Assembly: GCA_036480015.1 (NCBI GenBank)
Contig: JAZGFZ010000051.1
Coordinates: 2,319-66,318, forward strand
Direction of reading: 5' to 3'
Origin: Algisphaera sp.
Lineage (GTDB): Bacteria > Planctomycetota > Phycisphaerae > Phycisphaerales > Phycisphaeraceae
DNA length: 64,000 nucleotides
Below are positions 10,387 through 20,537 of the stretch, in pieces. The position numbers and the translations under genes are program-made. The notes beneath the pieces were generated by a model. It did no database searches and had not been told where the DNA came from. It saw only the letters and a list, made by a program, of their open reading frames with translations. Each line of letters opens with the position of its first letter. Positions within the stretch are counted from its first letter, which is position 1.

Positions 10387-11280
10387 ATGGCCGATCAACC
10401 CCTGCGCGTCACCGTTTGGCACGAATACCGCCACGACAACCCCCAAAGCGAAAGCCCCAATGCCCAAAGCATGAAGCTGTACCCCGGGGGAATGCACGCC
10501 GAAATGAAATCCGCCATTGAGCAGCACCTTGGCAACACCTCGCGCGGTGTTCAAGTCACCACCTGCACGCTCGATCAAGACGAAAACCATGGTTTGTCCG
10601 ATGAGCTTTTGGCCAACACCGACGTCATGACCTGGTGGGGCCACATGGGCCACGACTTGGTGAAAGATGAATGGGCTCAAAAAGTAGCCCAGCGTGTACG
10701 TGAAGGCATGGGCTTGGTGGTGCTGCACTCGGGGCATTACTCCAAACCCTTCAAAATGCTCATGGGCACCAACTGCCACCTGCGCTGGCGCGAAGCTGCC
10801 GAAAAAGAACGCTTGTGGTGCATGACCCCCGGCCACCCCATCACCTCAGGACTCGAAAAAGACTACATCGAGCTAGAACACACCGAAATGTACGGCGAAC
10901 ACTTCGACATTCCCGACCCCGACGAATTGATCTTCGTCAGTTGGTTCGAAGGGGGCGAAGTCTTTCGAAGCGGCTGCGTGTGGCGACGCGGCGCAGGCAA
11001 AGTGTTTTACTTTCGCCCCGGCCACGAAACCTTCCCCATTTACTATCACCCAGACATTCGCCGTGTCTTGGCCAACGGCGTGCAATACGTCGCCCCCGCC
11101 CCCGGCGCAAACCAGCCCATCGTCGCCGACTGGAAAGACCCCCCACGCGAATACGGCCCCGAAACCCCCAACGGCGTCGTGCCCTATCGCCACGGTTCGC
11201 CCAACATCAAAAAGCCCATCTCGCCCATCGCCGCAGAACATCAAGTAGATGACTCTTTGCATGAAAAAGCGAATGACTAA
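10387..11280 (+). CDS. ThuA-like (trehalose utilization) protein
   Basis: DVMTWWGHMGH, GMGLVVLHSGHYSKPF, EMYGEHFDIP, FEGGEVFRSG, YFRPGHETFP. Confidence 0.88.
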   Translation: MADQPLRVTVWHEYRHDNPQSESPNAQSMKLYPGGMHAEMKSAIEQHLGNTSRGVQVTTCTLDQDENHGLSDELLANTDVMTWWGHMGHDLVKDEWAQKVAQRVREGMGLVVLHSGHYSKPFKMLMGTNCHLRWREAAEKERLWCMTPGHPITSGLEKDYIELEHTEMYGEHFDIPDPDELIFVSWFEGGEVFRSGCVWRRGAGKVFYFRPGHETFPIYYHPDIRRVLANGVQYVAPAPGANQPIVADWKDPPREYGPETPNGVVPYRHGSPNIKKPISPIAAEHQVDDSLHEKAND

Positions 11281-11360
11281 GCAGAAGTCTTGAATAACGC
11301 CCCTGTTTTCAGCAGGTTCTTGTCAAATTGACAGCCGTTGCATATCAAGGCAGGAAATGA

Positions 11361-11530
11361 ACCGCCAAGTGACCAAGGGCGCCAAGGAAGGCAAAGAATT
11401 GGACTTTTTCAGGCTTAGCTCCTGACACCTATCCTCTTTTTTTGATCTGTCTTTTTACCTTCCTTGGCTCCCTCACTTGCCCCCTTGGCGGTGAAATTCT
11501 TCTTGAAAATTGCGATCGGTGACAAAAGGG
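11361..11530. repeat. Inverted-arm CCAAG/CTTGG repeat cassette
   Basis: Left arm 11361-11395 (ACCGCCAAG...GCCAAGGAAGGCAAA), right arm 11458-11492, tail GCGATCGGTGACAAAAGGGG. Confidence 0.75.
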
Positions 11531-11586
11531 GCTATCGCGCCGTCCGCAGTGGGCGGGTTCGGGCAGGCGAACTCCACGCCCGCTCA

Positions 11587-12582
11587 TCAGGTCAACCCCA
11601 GTGGCCGCAATACGGGAACCGGGGCATAGGTTTGACGGACGGGCGCGCCTTCATGGCCGCGCAAACGCTGATCAACAATTTGTCGAACCCCTGCACCCAA
11701 GTCTTGCCACGGAATCGCAATGGTCGTCAACCCCAATTGTTCTGCCACCGGCGCATCATCAAATCCAACAATGGGGGGAATCCGCTGGCCTGCTTGGCGG
11801 CAATAGTCCACAAAACCTTGCGCCAGCCGGTCATTGGTCACAAAAACACCTTGCGGTTTTGTGTCGAGTACCCACTGCGACACCGCAAACGCGCTTTCAC
11901 TAAACCAACTTTCTGCATAGACCACCTTGGCCCGATGGCGCGCCACAAAACCTTCCACCCGATCGGCTGCGCGACGATCCGCCCGCGGCCCGGCCAAGAC
12001 CGTGAATGACGTGCCTTCAGGTGAAAACCGCTTGAGTAAATCTGCCGCCAACGCCCCGCCCGCCACATTGTCGGTCGAAACACTGTCGATTCGCTGGGTT
12101 GCAGTCCCCAAGCCGGGGTGATCATTTACCAGCACCATGCGTCGCCCCTGATCTGCCCACTGCGGCACCCATTTGGGCCGATCCCACACCACCAATAAAT
12201 GATTCGCAGGCGGCTTTGGGTTTTCATTGGTGAACACTTGAAAATCATCACATCCACCATTTTCCATCAAGGCGTGGGTTAACGTGCGGCGTAGCTTCAC
12301 CCCAAAGCTGTCTTTTCTTGCTGCACGCGGATGCAAAACCAACGACACGCCACGCAGTGCCTGCGCCTCGCCCGAAACATACGTCCCCGATTGTGCCCGC
12401 CGCTCAAGAAGCCCTTGCGTCACCAAATCGCGTAACAAGCGGTCTGCCGTTTGGTAGCTCACTTGATAACGCTCTGCCAAAGCCCGGTTGGATAAAAACC
12501 GCTCTCCAGGCTGGTACTGGCCGCTTTGAAGGTGCATCGCCAACACATCGTGAACTTGTTGGACGCGTGCGGTGTAGGCCAT
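11587..12582 (-). CDS. GntR-type HTH fused to LacI-like sugar-binding domain (AraR-like regulator)
   Basis: RFLSNRALAERYQVSYQTADRLLRDLVTQGLLERRAQSGTYV; C-terminal DNVAGG, TNDRLA, IVGFDD. Confidence 0.85.
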   Translation of the reverse strand: MAYTARVQQVHDVLAMHLQSGQYQPGERFLSNRALAERYQVSYQTADRLLRDLVTQGLLERRAQSGTYVSGEAQALRGVSLVLHPRAARKDSFGVKLRRTLTHALMENGGCDDFQVFTNENPKPPANHLLVVWDRPKWVPQWADQGRRMVLVNDHPGLGTATQRIDSVSTDNVAGGALAADLLKRFSPEGTSFTVLAGPRADRRAADRVEGFVARHRAKVVYAESWFSESAFAVSQWVLDTKPQGVFVTNDRLAQGFVDYCRQAGQRIPPIVGFDDAPVAEQLGLTTIAIPWQDLGAGVRQIVDQRLRGHEGAPVRQTYAPVPVLRPLGLT

Positions 12583-12590
12583 GTTGAAAT

Positions 12591-12627
12591 CATATCAGTT
12601 TATCTTCTAAAATCCAGTATTGATATG
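12591..12627. promoter_or_regulatory. Candidate operator in divergent promoter region
   Basis: CATATCA (12591-12597) / TGATATG (12621-12627) inverted pair in the 82-bp gap between regulator and SDR operon. Confidence 0.35.
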
Positions 12628-12664
12628 CTTTCGTGCTATTCTTTTATTCAACTGAAGGTAAAGC

Positions 12665-13477
12665 ATGAACGCAAACACACTCGATCAGCGCGTCATTGTC
12701 ATCGTCGGAGGAACCACAGGCTTGGGCCTTTCGGGTGCCTTGGCATGCGTGGCGCAAGGGGCCAAGGTCGTGGTCGTTGGCCGCAATGCCGAATCGGCCG
12801 ATGCCGCAGTGGCTCAAATGGGCAAGCAAAATGCTCAGGCCATCGTCGGCGATGCAACCGATTCACAAACGGCACCCCGCGCTATCGCCCAAGCCTTAGA
12901 AACCTTTGGCCGATTCGACGGTCTGTACCACGTTGCGGGCGGTAGTGGTCGGCGGTTTGGTGATGGCCCATTGCATGAACTCACCGACGAAGGCATTCAA
13001 AAAACCCTCGACCTCAACCTCATGTCGATGATGCGATCCAACCGTGCGGCGATTCAATCTTTTATGGAACGCAATGTGCCTGGTGTTGTTCTAAACATGG
13101 GAAGCGTCTTGGGTTTTTCACCGTCGCCCCAGTTTTTCGTCACTCACGCCTATGCCGCAGCCAAGTCGGCAGCCGTGGGTTTCACCAAAAGCTGCGCTGC
13201 TTATTACGCCGAACATGGCGTGCGATTTAACGTCATTGCCCCGGCACTTGTCGAAACACCAATGGCCCAGCGTGCCGCCGACGATGACATCATTCAACAA
13301 TTCATTCGCACCAAACAGCCGCTCGACGGCGGACGCATTGGACGCCCCGACGACCTTGATGCTGGCGCGGTCTTTCTTCTTTCGGATCAGTCGAAGTTTG
13401 TCACCGGTCAAACCCTCGTCATCGACGGTGGCTGGACGGTCAGCGAAGGCCAAATCCCCGAAGAAAGCCAGCGATGA
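12665..13477 (+). CDS. SDR family oxidoreductase
   Basis: GGTTGLG, YAAAK (YxxxK), NVIAPA, DGGW. Confidence 0.92.
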   Translation: MNANTLDQRVIVIVGGTTGLGLSGALACVAQGAKVVVVGRNAESADAAVAQMGKQNAQAIVGDATDSQTAPRAIAQALETFGRFDGLYHVAGGSGRRFGDGPLHELTDEGIQKTLDLNLMSMMRSNRAAIQSFMERNVPGVVLNMGSVLGFSPSPQFFVTHAYAAAKSAAVGFTKSCAAYYAEHGVRFNVIAPALVETPMAQRAADDDIIQQFIRTKQPLDGGRIGRPDDLDAGAVFLLSDQSKFVTGQTLVIDGGWTVSEGQIPEESQR

Positions 13478-14349
13478 ATAATTCAAAATCTCTAGGCATC
13501 GACATCGGCGGAACCAACATCAAGGCTGTACGCGTAGACGCATCGGGCAAGGTTCAAAAACGCCTCGACACGCCGACGCCAAGCGATAGGGATGTTCTTG
13601 TTGCCACGGTCCGCGACTTGGTTAAACAGCTTGAGGGACATAAAGGGCCGATCGGCGTGGCTTCGCCGGGCTTGGCCGCATCAGACAATCGAAGTATTCG
13701 CTGGATGCGCGGCCGTTTAGAAGCGGTTGAAGGCTTGGCGTGGCCCGAGGCGCTGGGGCAGCCCGCAGTGGTCCTTAATGATGTGCACGCCGCAACAATG
13801 GGCGAAGCGTGGGTTGGCGCCGCAACAGGCCTGCAGCACGTGGTCATGCTCACGCTTGGCACGGGCGTCGGTGGTGGTGCCATTTGCAATGGGCAACTTT
13901 TGCAAGGGGCTTTTGGGCGTGCAGGTCATTTGGGCCACATCACCCTTGACCTTGATGGCCCCGTGGACATCGTGAAAACCCCCGGCAGCCTTGAAGATTG
14001 GGTGGGCAACCACAACGTTCAAGCTCGCACCGGTTTCGAATCCACCGCCAAGCTTGTCGCCGCCGTGGCGCAAGGCAATGCTCAAGCCGCCAAACATTGG
14101 GATCGCACACTGCACGCATTGACCTGTGGAATCGTGTCGCTTATCAACGTATTTGACCCCCAGGCAATCGTCCTTGGCGGCGGAATTGCCAAAGCCGGCG
14201 AAGAAGCACTCTTCAAGCCTTTGCGTGAAAAGCTCGACCGCTATGAATGGCGCCCCCTTGACCAGCCCGTGCCCATTTTGCCCGCCGAAATGGGCGACCT
14301 TGCGGGCGCGGTGGGCGCTGCACGTTTTGCCATGATGCAACTGTTTTGA
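13474..14349 (+). CDS. ROK family sugar kinase
   Basis: GIDIGGTNIK, NDVHAA, TLGTGVGGG, GHLGH, IVLGGG. Confidence 0.9.
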   Translation: MNNSKSLGIDIGGTNIKAVRVDASGKVQKRLDTPTPSDRDVLVATVRDLVKQLEGHKGPIGVASPGLAASDNRSIRWMRGRLEAVEGLAWPEALGQPAVVLNDVHAATMGEAWVGAATGLQHVVMLTLGTGVGGGAICNGQLLQGAFGRAGHLGHITLDLDGPVDIVKTPGSLEDWVGNHNVQARTGFESTAKLVAAVAQGNAQAAKHWDRTLHALTCGIVSLINVFDPQAIVLGGGIAKAGEEALFKPLREKLDRYEWRPLDQPVPILPAEMGDLAGAVGAARFAMMQLF

Positions 14350-14416
14350 CCAAGTCTGCCCAACCAACCCAATCGCATCAACCCAAGCATTTAAACACAC
14401 CAACCGGAGACGCCCC

Positions 14417-15202
14417 TTGACCCCTGCCGAAATTTATCTCAAAAAATCACGTGGCATCGTTGATGCGGTTGAGGCCCAGTTGCCCGCCATTCGCACCGTT
14501 GCCGAGCGTTTTGCTCAAACCATTCTTGCCGATCGCATGGTGCATTTATTCGGCAGCGGTCATAGCCGAATCATGGTCGAAGAAATGTGGCCCCGTTACG
14601 GCAGCTTCCCAGGGTTCAACCCCATGGTCGAACTTTCGCTGAGTTTCCACCACGCCGTGGTGGGTAGCAATGGCCAGCGCCAAGCCATGTTTCTGGAAAA
14701 CGTACCCGGCTTTGCCGAGCGAATTTTACGTAACTATGACTTTGATAAAATTGACAGCGCGCTGGTGGTCAGCAGCAGCGGCTGCAACCTTGTGCCCATT
14801 GAAATAGCCGAGGGCTTTCAAAAACGTGGCATTTACGTTGCTGCATTGGTCAGCGCGGTCCATAGCGAGGCCAGCACAAGCAATCGCAGCGACGGTAAAA
14901 AGCTCACCGACTTCGCAGATGTTGTGCTGGACACCGGCGCCCCCGTGGGCGATGCCATGGTTCCCATCGAAGGACTCGAACAACCCGTCGCCCCTGGCAG
15001 CACCGTGGGCGGCTGTTTGGTGATCAATACCATTAAAGCCGAACTTGCCAAACGATTAGTCGATGCAGGGCAACCGCCCAAAGCATTGGCTTCGGGCGCC
15101 ATTCTTGGGTCCAAACGAGCGGCCGAGGTTTTTGAAGCGGCATACGACGAACATGCCCATCGCATGTCCAAACTTTTTGCAAACGTAGGAAAAACATCAT
15201 GA
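14417..15202 (+). CDS. SIS-domain sugar isomerase-like protein
   Basis: VHLFGSGHS, VVSSSG, DTGAPVGDA, PGST. TTG start. Confidence 0.82.
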   Translation: MTPAEIYLKKSRGIVDAVEAQLPAIRTVAERFAQTILADRMVHLFGSGHSRIMVEEMWPRYGSFPGFNPMVELSLSFHHAVVGSNGQRQAMFLENVPGFAERILRNYDFDKIDSALVVSSSGCNLVPIEIAEGFQKRGIYVAALVSAVHSEASTSNRSDGKKLTDFADVVLDTGAPVGDAMVPIEGLEQPVAPGSTVGGCLVINTIKAELAKRLVDAGQPPKALASGAILGSKRAAEVFEAAYDEHAHRMSKLFANVGKTS

Positions 15203-15972
15203 AATTCGGAGCCGTTCAACACGTTTTTACAAATGCCGATACCGACCTTGCCCGCTTTGAACGCGGCAAGGCCTTGGGCTTCTCAGGCATTGAGCCCGAC
15301 CTCACCGTCGAAGACTTGGCCGACCCCACTGAAGCACGACTCGCGTCGATTAAAGCCGCATGCGATGCAACGGGTTTAGAAATCCCTGCGCTGTCTTTGG
15401 GCGTGCACAGTGCAGAGGGCTTTCTTTTTGCCTCATGGCGAGGCGACCAACCCGTTCAAGAAATTCGCAAAACAATTCAGTGGTGCCATACGCTGGGTGC
15501 CAAAGCGGTTTTGGTTCCTTTCTTTTGTTACAACGAACCTCGCAATGCCGTGCAACGCGAACGTGTGGCAGACGTGCTGGCCCCCCTTTGTCGTGAAGCC
15601 GAGGCATTGGGCGTTGATGTGTGCTTTGAAGGCATGTTGACCGCCACCGAACTCAAAGAAATCGCGGCGAAAATTAACTCGCCCGCCTTTGGTGTTTATT
15701 TCGACATGGGCAATTCGGTTTATGCCGACTTGGACCCTGCTGCCGAAGCCAAATCATTGGGTTCCTTGGTGCGTCGGGTTCATATCAAAGACACCCAAGC
15801 CATGGCAGGCGACAGTGTCTTGGGCGAAGGTCGGGTGGATTTCCCCGCCGTGGCCGCAGCTCTAAGTGACATTGCTTATGAACCGTGGATGGTGTTTGAA
15901 GCATTTGGGAAATCAGACGAAGACCTTGTCCAAAGCATGGCCTTTGCGAAAAAATATTTTCCCATTGCCTAA
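15199..15972 (+). CDS. Sugar phosphate isomerase/epimerase (xylose-isomerase-like TIM barrel)
   Basis: Metal ligands in CFE, FDMGN, VHIKD, VFE. Confidence 0.82.
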   Translation: MKFGAVQHVFTNADTDLARFERGKALGFSGIEPDLTVEDLADPTEARLASIKAACDATGLEIPALSLGVHSAEGFLFASWRGDQPVQEIRKTIQWCHTLGAKAVLVPFFCYNEPRNAVQRERVADVLAPLCREAEALGVDVCFEGMLTATELKEIAAKINSPAFGVYFDMGNSVYADLDPAAEAKSLGSLVRRVHIKDTQAMAGDSVLGEGRVDFPAVAAALSDIAYEPWMVFEAFGKSDEDLVQSMAFAKKYFPIA

Positions 15973-16139
15973 GAACGATGCGTGAGAAGTCTGTCGTTGG
16001 CCCGAGCCCGATTCAAGCGGTTTGTTGAATCGGGCGAAGCCAGGCAAGGTTCTTTTATGCATGTTCTAAGCCCAGTCATGTTTGGTTCGTGGTCTAAAGC
16101 CATGAATCGAAGTCCACCTCTTATTTCTTCAAGGCTCCC

Positions 16140-17513
16140 ATGTTGGATATCTTCAAACACCATCAAGTCACCGTACTTGCCAACCTTGACGTGTTGGTCG
16201 TCGGGGCAGGAAGTGCCGGTTCCTGCGCCGCCATTGCCGCGGGCGAATCGGGTGTCTCGGTTGGCCTCGTCGAACGATACGGTTTTGCGGGCGGAACCAG
16301 CACGCAAATCCTCGACACGTTTTACGGGTTTTTCACCCCCGGCGACAAGCCACGCAAAGTTGTGGGTGGCATTCCCGACACCATCGTCGATGCACTCAAC
16401 CACACCGATGACATTTTCTTGCGACCCAACACCTACGGCGCAGGCACCGGCGTAACCTACAACCCCGAGCGGCTCAAACTTGTTTGGGACACACGGCTTC
16501 AAGCGGCAGGCGTGCAAACATTTCTTCACGCCACACTGGTCGATGTGGTGGTCGAAGCGTCGGGTATCACCGGCGTGATTATCTCCACCAAGTCGGGTTT
16601 CTTTCGCATTAACGCCAAGCGTTTTATTGATGCCAGTGGCGACGCAGACCTCTGTCACCTCGCCAGTATTCCCTATGAAAAAGCGGGAGATCTTGACCCT
16701 GCCCAAACGCTGACCACCACTTTTCGCATGAGTAACGTTGATCTTGCGCGATACGCCGAAGCCGGCGGCAAAACCATGTTGACCCAGCGCATGGAGCAAG
16801 CGTTCGACGATGGCACACACCCGCTCCCGCGTAAACATGGCAGTGCCCACAAAATGGTTCAAGATGGCTGCATCGCCACCGTTGCCGTGCGTATTGCCGG
16901 CATGGACGCAACTGATTTTCAGCAACTTGGCGAAGCCGAACGCGAAGGCCGGCGGCAATCGTTTATCTACGAAACTTTTTTACGCGACTGTGTACCCGGC
17001 TATGAACAAGCCAAAATTATTGAGCTTTCACACCACGTCGGCGTGCGCGAAACCCGGCGGGTCTACGGCAACCACCGTCTAACCCGCGAAGAATGTTTAA
17101 GTGCAACGCAATTCAACAGTGCCATTGCACTTTGTGGTGCCCCGATCGAAGACCATCGCCCCAACGCCGACGGAGAAGACGAAACCGCCTGGGCCTATGT
17201 CGAAAACGGCGGGGTTTACGGCGTTCCGTATGGCACCTTGGTTCCCAAAGACCGTGATGAAGTCTGGGTTGTCGGCCGGTGTTTCAGTGCCACCCACGAC
17301 GCCCACGCAAGCTGCCGAAGCATGGGGCAAACCATGAGCATGGGGCAAGCCGCAGGCTTTGCCGCAGCGCAATCGCTTCGTGGTGATCAAGGTGCCACAA
17401 ACCTCGACGCCAAAAAACTTCGCGACACGCTACACCGTCGTGGCACCGTCCTTGAGCTTCCCGGCGCTGCTGCCAACACCGACCTTTGGGCTGCCAACCG
17501 CCCCACCGCCTAA
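16140..17513 (+). CDS. FAD-dependent oxidoreductase
   Basis: VLVVGAGSAG, FIDASGDAD, VRETRRVYG, VVGRCFSA, MSMGQAAG. Confidence 0.85.
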   Translation: MLDIFKHHQVTVLANLDVLVVGAGSAGSCAAIAAGESGVSVGLVERYGFAGGTSTQILDTFYGFFTPGDKPRKVVGGIPDTIVDALNHTDDIFLRPNTYGAGTGVTYNPERLKLVWDTRLQAAGVQTFLHATLVDVVVEASGITGVIISTKSGFFRINAKRFIDASGDADLCHLASIPYEKAGDLDPAQTLTTTFRMSNVDLARYAEAGGKTMLTQRMEQAFDDGTHPLPRKHGSAHKMVQDGCIATVAVRIAGMDATDFQQLGEAEREGRRQSFIYETFLRDCVPGYEQAKIIELSHHVGVRETRRVYGNHRLTREECLSATQFNSAIALCGAPIEDHRPNADGEDETAWAYVENGGVYGVPYGTLVPKDRDEVWVVGRCFSATHDAHASCRSMGQTMSMGQAAGFAAAQSLRGDQGATNLDAKKLRDTLHRRGTVLELPGAAANTDLWAANRPTA

Positions 17514-17569
17514 TTTTTCAATCACCACGGATAAAACAAGCCCACCTTATTGGAGCAACTTAACCAACG

Positions 17570-18556
17570 ATGACTTTTGTGCGAACCATCCTGGGCGACG
17601 TGACAGCCAAAGAGCTGGGGGCATGCAATGCGCATGAGCATGTGGTCATCAGCGGGTCGTTTGTTGAGCAGCACTGGGCCGATTTTTTGCTTAATGACCC
17701 CCACGCCGCAGCGGTGGATCTTGACGCATTCAAACAAGCAGGCGGCGGATGGATCATCGACACGATGCCCACCGGTCCAGGCCGTGACGCGCAATTACTT
17801 GCCACTATTTCGCAGCAAAACGAGGTGGCGATCGTTTGCCCCACGGGTTTGCACTTGTCTCTGTATTACGCTGAAGATGATCCACTTCTAAGTATGGGAC
17901 GCGAAGCACTGGCCAAACGGTTCATCGAAGAAATCGCCATCGGTTTGGATGATGGCAACGGTGTTCTTACGCATCGCGCTGGCGTCATTAAAGTCGCGGG
18001 CAATCGCGACCGACTATCCGATCACCAACGACAAGCCTTTGCCGCAGCGGCCGATGCACATTGCGCCACAGGTTGCCCCATTATCACCCACACCGACCAA
18101 GGCACAGCGGGGCTTGAGCAAATTACATTGCTGCGTGACCACGGTGTCAACCTTGAGCACGTCGTTCTTTCACACTGCGATCGCCTGCCCGATGTTGCCT
18201 ATCACCGCGAGCTACTTCAAGCGGGCGTCACCCTTGAATACGACAACCACTTTCGTGATCTCGCCAAAACGGGCACCTGTCCCAGCGCCGAACTCATCGC
18301 AACGCTCGCGCCCGAATTTCCCAACCAAATGGTCGTGGGCATGGACCTTGCCCGGCGTTCTTACTGGCACGGCCACGGCGGCACACCCGGCCTTGCGTGG
18401 CTCTTAACCGACTTGCCCAAGCACCTTGCCAATGCAGGCGTCAAACCAGCACAGGTTCAACGCCTCTATCACGAAAACCCCGCACGGGTGTTTTCTTTTG
18501 CAAAAAACAACACAATTGGCGATGCCGTTCATTGCTGCGTCACAACCCCTTCCTGA
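17570..18556 (+). CDS. Phosphotriesterase-family amidohydrolase (possible sugar lactonase)
   Basis: VRTILG, NAHEHV, GVIKVA, ITHT, LSHCD, GMD. Confidence 0.85.
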   Translation: MTFVRTILGDVTAKELGACNAHEHVVISGSFVEQHWADFLLNDPHAAAVDLDAFKQAGGGWIIDTMPTGPGRDAQLLATISQQNEVAIVCPTGLHLSLYYAEDDPLLSMGREALAKRFIEEIAIGLDDGNGVLTHRAGVIKVAGNRDRLSDHQRQAFAAAADAHCATGCPIITHTDQGTAGLEQITLLRDHGVNLEHVVLSHCDRLPDVAYHRELLQAGVTLEYDNHFRDLAKTGTCPSAELIATLAPEFPNQMVVGMDLARRSYWHGHGGTPGLAWLLTDLPKHLANAGVKPAQVQRLYHENPARVFSFAKNNTIGDAVHCCVTTPS

Positions 18557-18586
18557 TTTTATCCCCCTCCCTTAAAGCTCACCCTC

Positions 18587-19636
18587 ATGAAACAATCCCC
18601 CCTTCGCACGTCGGTCATTGGCAGCTACCCTTTTCCCGGATGGTTGGAGTTTGGCGCAGCCAACCTCGATGCTTTTGGCCCCAAAGACATCGAGGAAATG
18701 CAGGAAGATGCCGTCGTCGCCGCAGTTCATGACCAAGTCGCGGCAGGCCTCGATGTCATCACCGATGGTGAGCAAACCCGGCTGGACTTCAACCTTTCGT
18801 TCTATGGGTTTCTTCAGGGCATCGATCTTGAATCCCACCCGCCCCGTCGTTTTGGCCCGCCTGCACACGACCAACGTGGCAAGCACGAAATCACCGGTGA
18901 TTTGCTTGCACCCAACGGCTTGGGCGCGGTCGAAGAGTTCGAGCGTTTGCAGCGCGTTGCTGCCACCATCGCCCCCAAATCCACCACCCTCAAAGCCTCG
19001 ATCCCCGGCCCGTTCACACTCTCGGGCCGACTTCTGCCCAACAAGCAATACGCTGATCGTTATGCGATCACCGAAGCACTTCTACCGCTCGTGCGTGATG
19101 AAATCGAACGGCTTGTCGCCGCAGGTTGCAAAGAAATTTGCGTCGATGAGCCGTCGATGAGCTGCTACGCCCACAAGTCTGACACCAAGCGTTTTGTCGA
19201 TTTGTTTAACCGCACCGTCGAGCCTGCTGTGGGCAAAACACGCGTGTGCATGCACATGTGCTTTGGCAATTACAAAGGCCGAAGCGTGGGTAAAAAACAA
19301 CCCGAGTTGATGTTCCCCGACTTCCTCGACATGCACGTCAACGAAATGCACCTCGAAATGGCAACACTCAATTTCAAAGACCTGCACCTCATCAAGCAAG
19401 TCACTGACAAAGGCATCGACGCCGCAGTCGGCATCATCGACGTAAAAAGCTACTACATCGAAACACCTGAAGATATTGCCGCCCGCATTAAAGCCTGCTT
19501 GGAATATGCCCCGGCCGACCAACTCGTGTTTGCCCCCGACTGCGGCTTGTCGCAAACCGCACGCTGGGCGACCAAGCAAAAACTCGCAAGCATGTGCGAA
19601 GGCGCTCGCATGGTTCGCAAGGAGCTGGGCCTGTGA
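18587..19636 (+). CDS. Cobalamin-independent methionine synthase II family (catalytic domain only)
   Basis: GSYP, GLDVITDGE, HMCFGN (HxC), HLEMA, APDCGL form the Zn site. No N-terminal folate-binding barrel. Confidence 0.88.
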   Translation: MKQSPLRTSVIGSYPFPGWLEFGAANLDAFGPKDIEEMQEDAVVAAVHDQVAAGLDVITDGEQTRLDFNLSFYGFLQGIDLESHPPRRFGPPAHDQRGKHEITGDLLAPNGLGAVEEFERLQRVAATIAPKSTTLKASIPGPFTLSGRLLPNKQYADRYAITEALLPLVRDEIERLVAAGCKEICVDEPSMSCYAHKSDTKRFVDLFNRTVEPAVGKTRVCMHMCFGNYKGRSVGKKQPELMFPDFLDMHVNEMHLEMATLNFKDLHLIKQVTDKGIDAAVGIIDVKSYYIETPEDIAARIKACLEYAPADQLVFAPDCGLSQTARWATKQKLASMCEGARMVRKELGL

Positions 19637-20493
19637 GTTTAATTGCCGCCCACCAAAAAGACGCCGATTTGCTGGCGGACATCAACCGTGCCGACCTCGG
19701 CCAAGGGTTTTGCTGTTGGTGGCTTGGACAAAGTGGTTTTCTCATCAAAACCGCTGCGGGCATGTTGCTGTTTGATCCATATCTTTCAGATTCGCTAACC
19801 ACCAAATATGCCAGCACCGACAAACCGCACACCCGCATGAGCCAGCGTGTGGTTGATCCTGCAACCCTCATTGGCCTCGACGTGATTACGTCGTCGCACA
19901 ACCACACCGACCACCTTGATGCGCAAACGCTCAGCCCGCTGTTGGCCGCCAACCCGCAAGCAAAGCTGGTTGTTCCCGAAGCAAACCGCGCGTTTGTGGC
20001 CGACCGTTTAGAAATGGACCCACGCCTTCCGCTGGGGCTTAACGACGGCCAATCCGTTATTGTCGGGCCCTTCACGCTCCACGGCATCGCTGCGGCGCAC
20101 AACACCGTCGCCCGTGACGACGCAGGCCAATGCAAGTTCATGGGCTATGTCGCCACGTTCGAGACGCCCGCTGGACCTGCCGCGATTTATCACAGCGGCG
20201 ACACGCTTTGGCACGATTCACTGGTGGAACAACTCTCGGCATTTGACCTGTCACTAGCACTTCTGCCTATTAACGGCAACCTACCCACACGCCGCGTGGC
20301 GGGCAATCTTTGGGGCCAAGAAGCCGCAATGCTCGCTAAAACCGTCGGCGCAAAATGCGTCGTGCCATGCCACTATGATTTGTTTACGTTTAACACCCAA
20401 ACGCCTGACGCTTTTGTCGCGGCGTGTCAAGAGCTCGAACAGCCTTATCGCGTACCGCGTGGCGGCGAACGGCTCGACTTTCCGCTTTCCTAA
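19633..20493 (+). CDS. MBL-fold metallohydrolase, UlaG-like
   Basis: WWLGQSGF, SSHNHTDHLD, YHSGDT, PCHYDLF. GTG start overlaps upstream TGA. Confidence 0.82.
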   Translation: MSLIAAHQKDADLLADINRADLGQGFCCWWLGQSGFLIKTAAGMLLFDPYLSDSLTTKYASTDKPHTRMSQRVVDPATLIGLDVITSSHNHTDHLDAQTLSPLLAANPQAKLVVPEANRAFVADRLEMDPRLPLGLNDGQSVIVGPFTLHGIAAAHNTVARDDAGQCKFMGYVATFETPAGPAAIYHSGDTLWHDSLVEQLSAFDLSLALLPINGNLPTRRVAGNLWGQEAAMLAKTVGAKCVVPCHYDLFTFNTQTPDAFVAACQELEQPYRVPRGGERLDFPLS

Positions 20494-20537
20494 AGAACGT
20501 CCCTTTTTTAATACACCTACCTGCAACGGAGCTTCCC

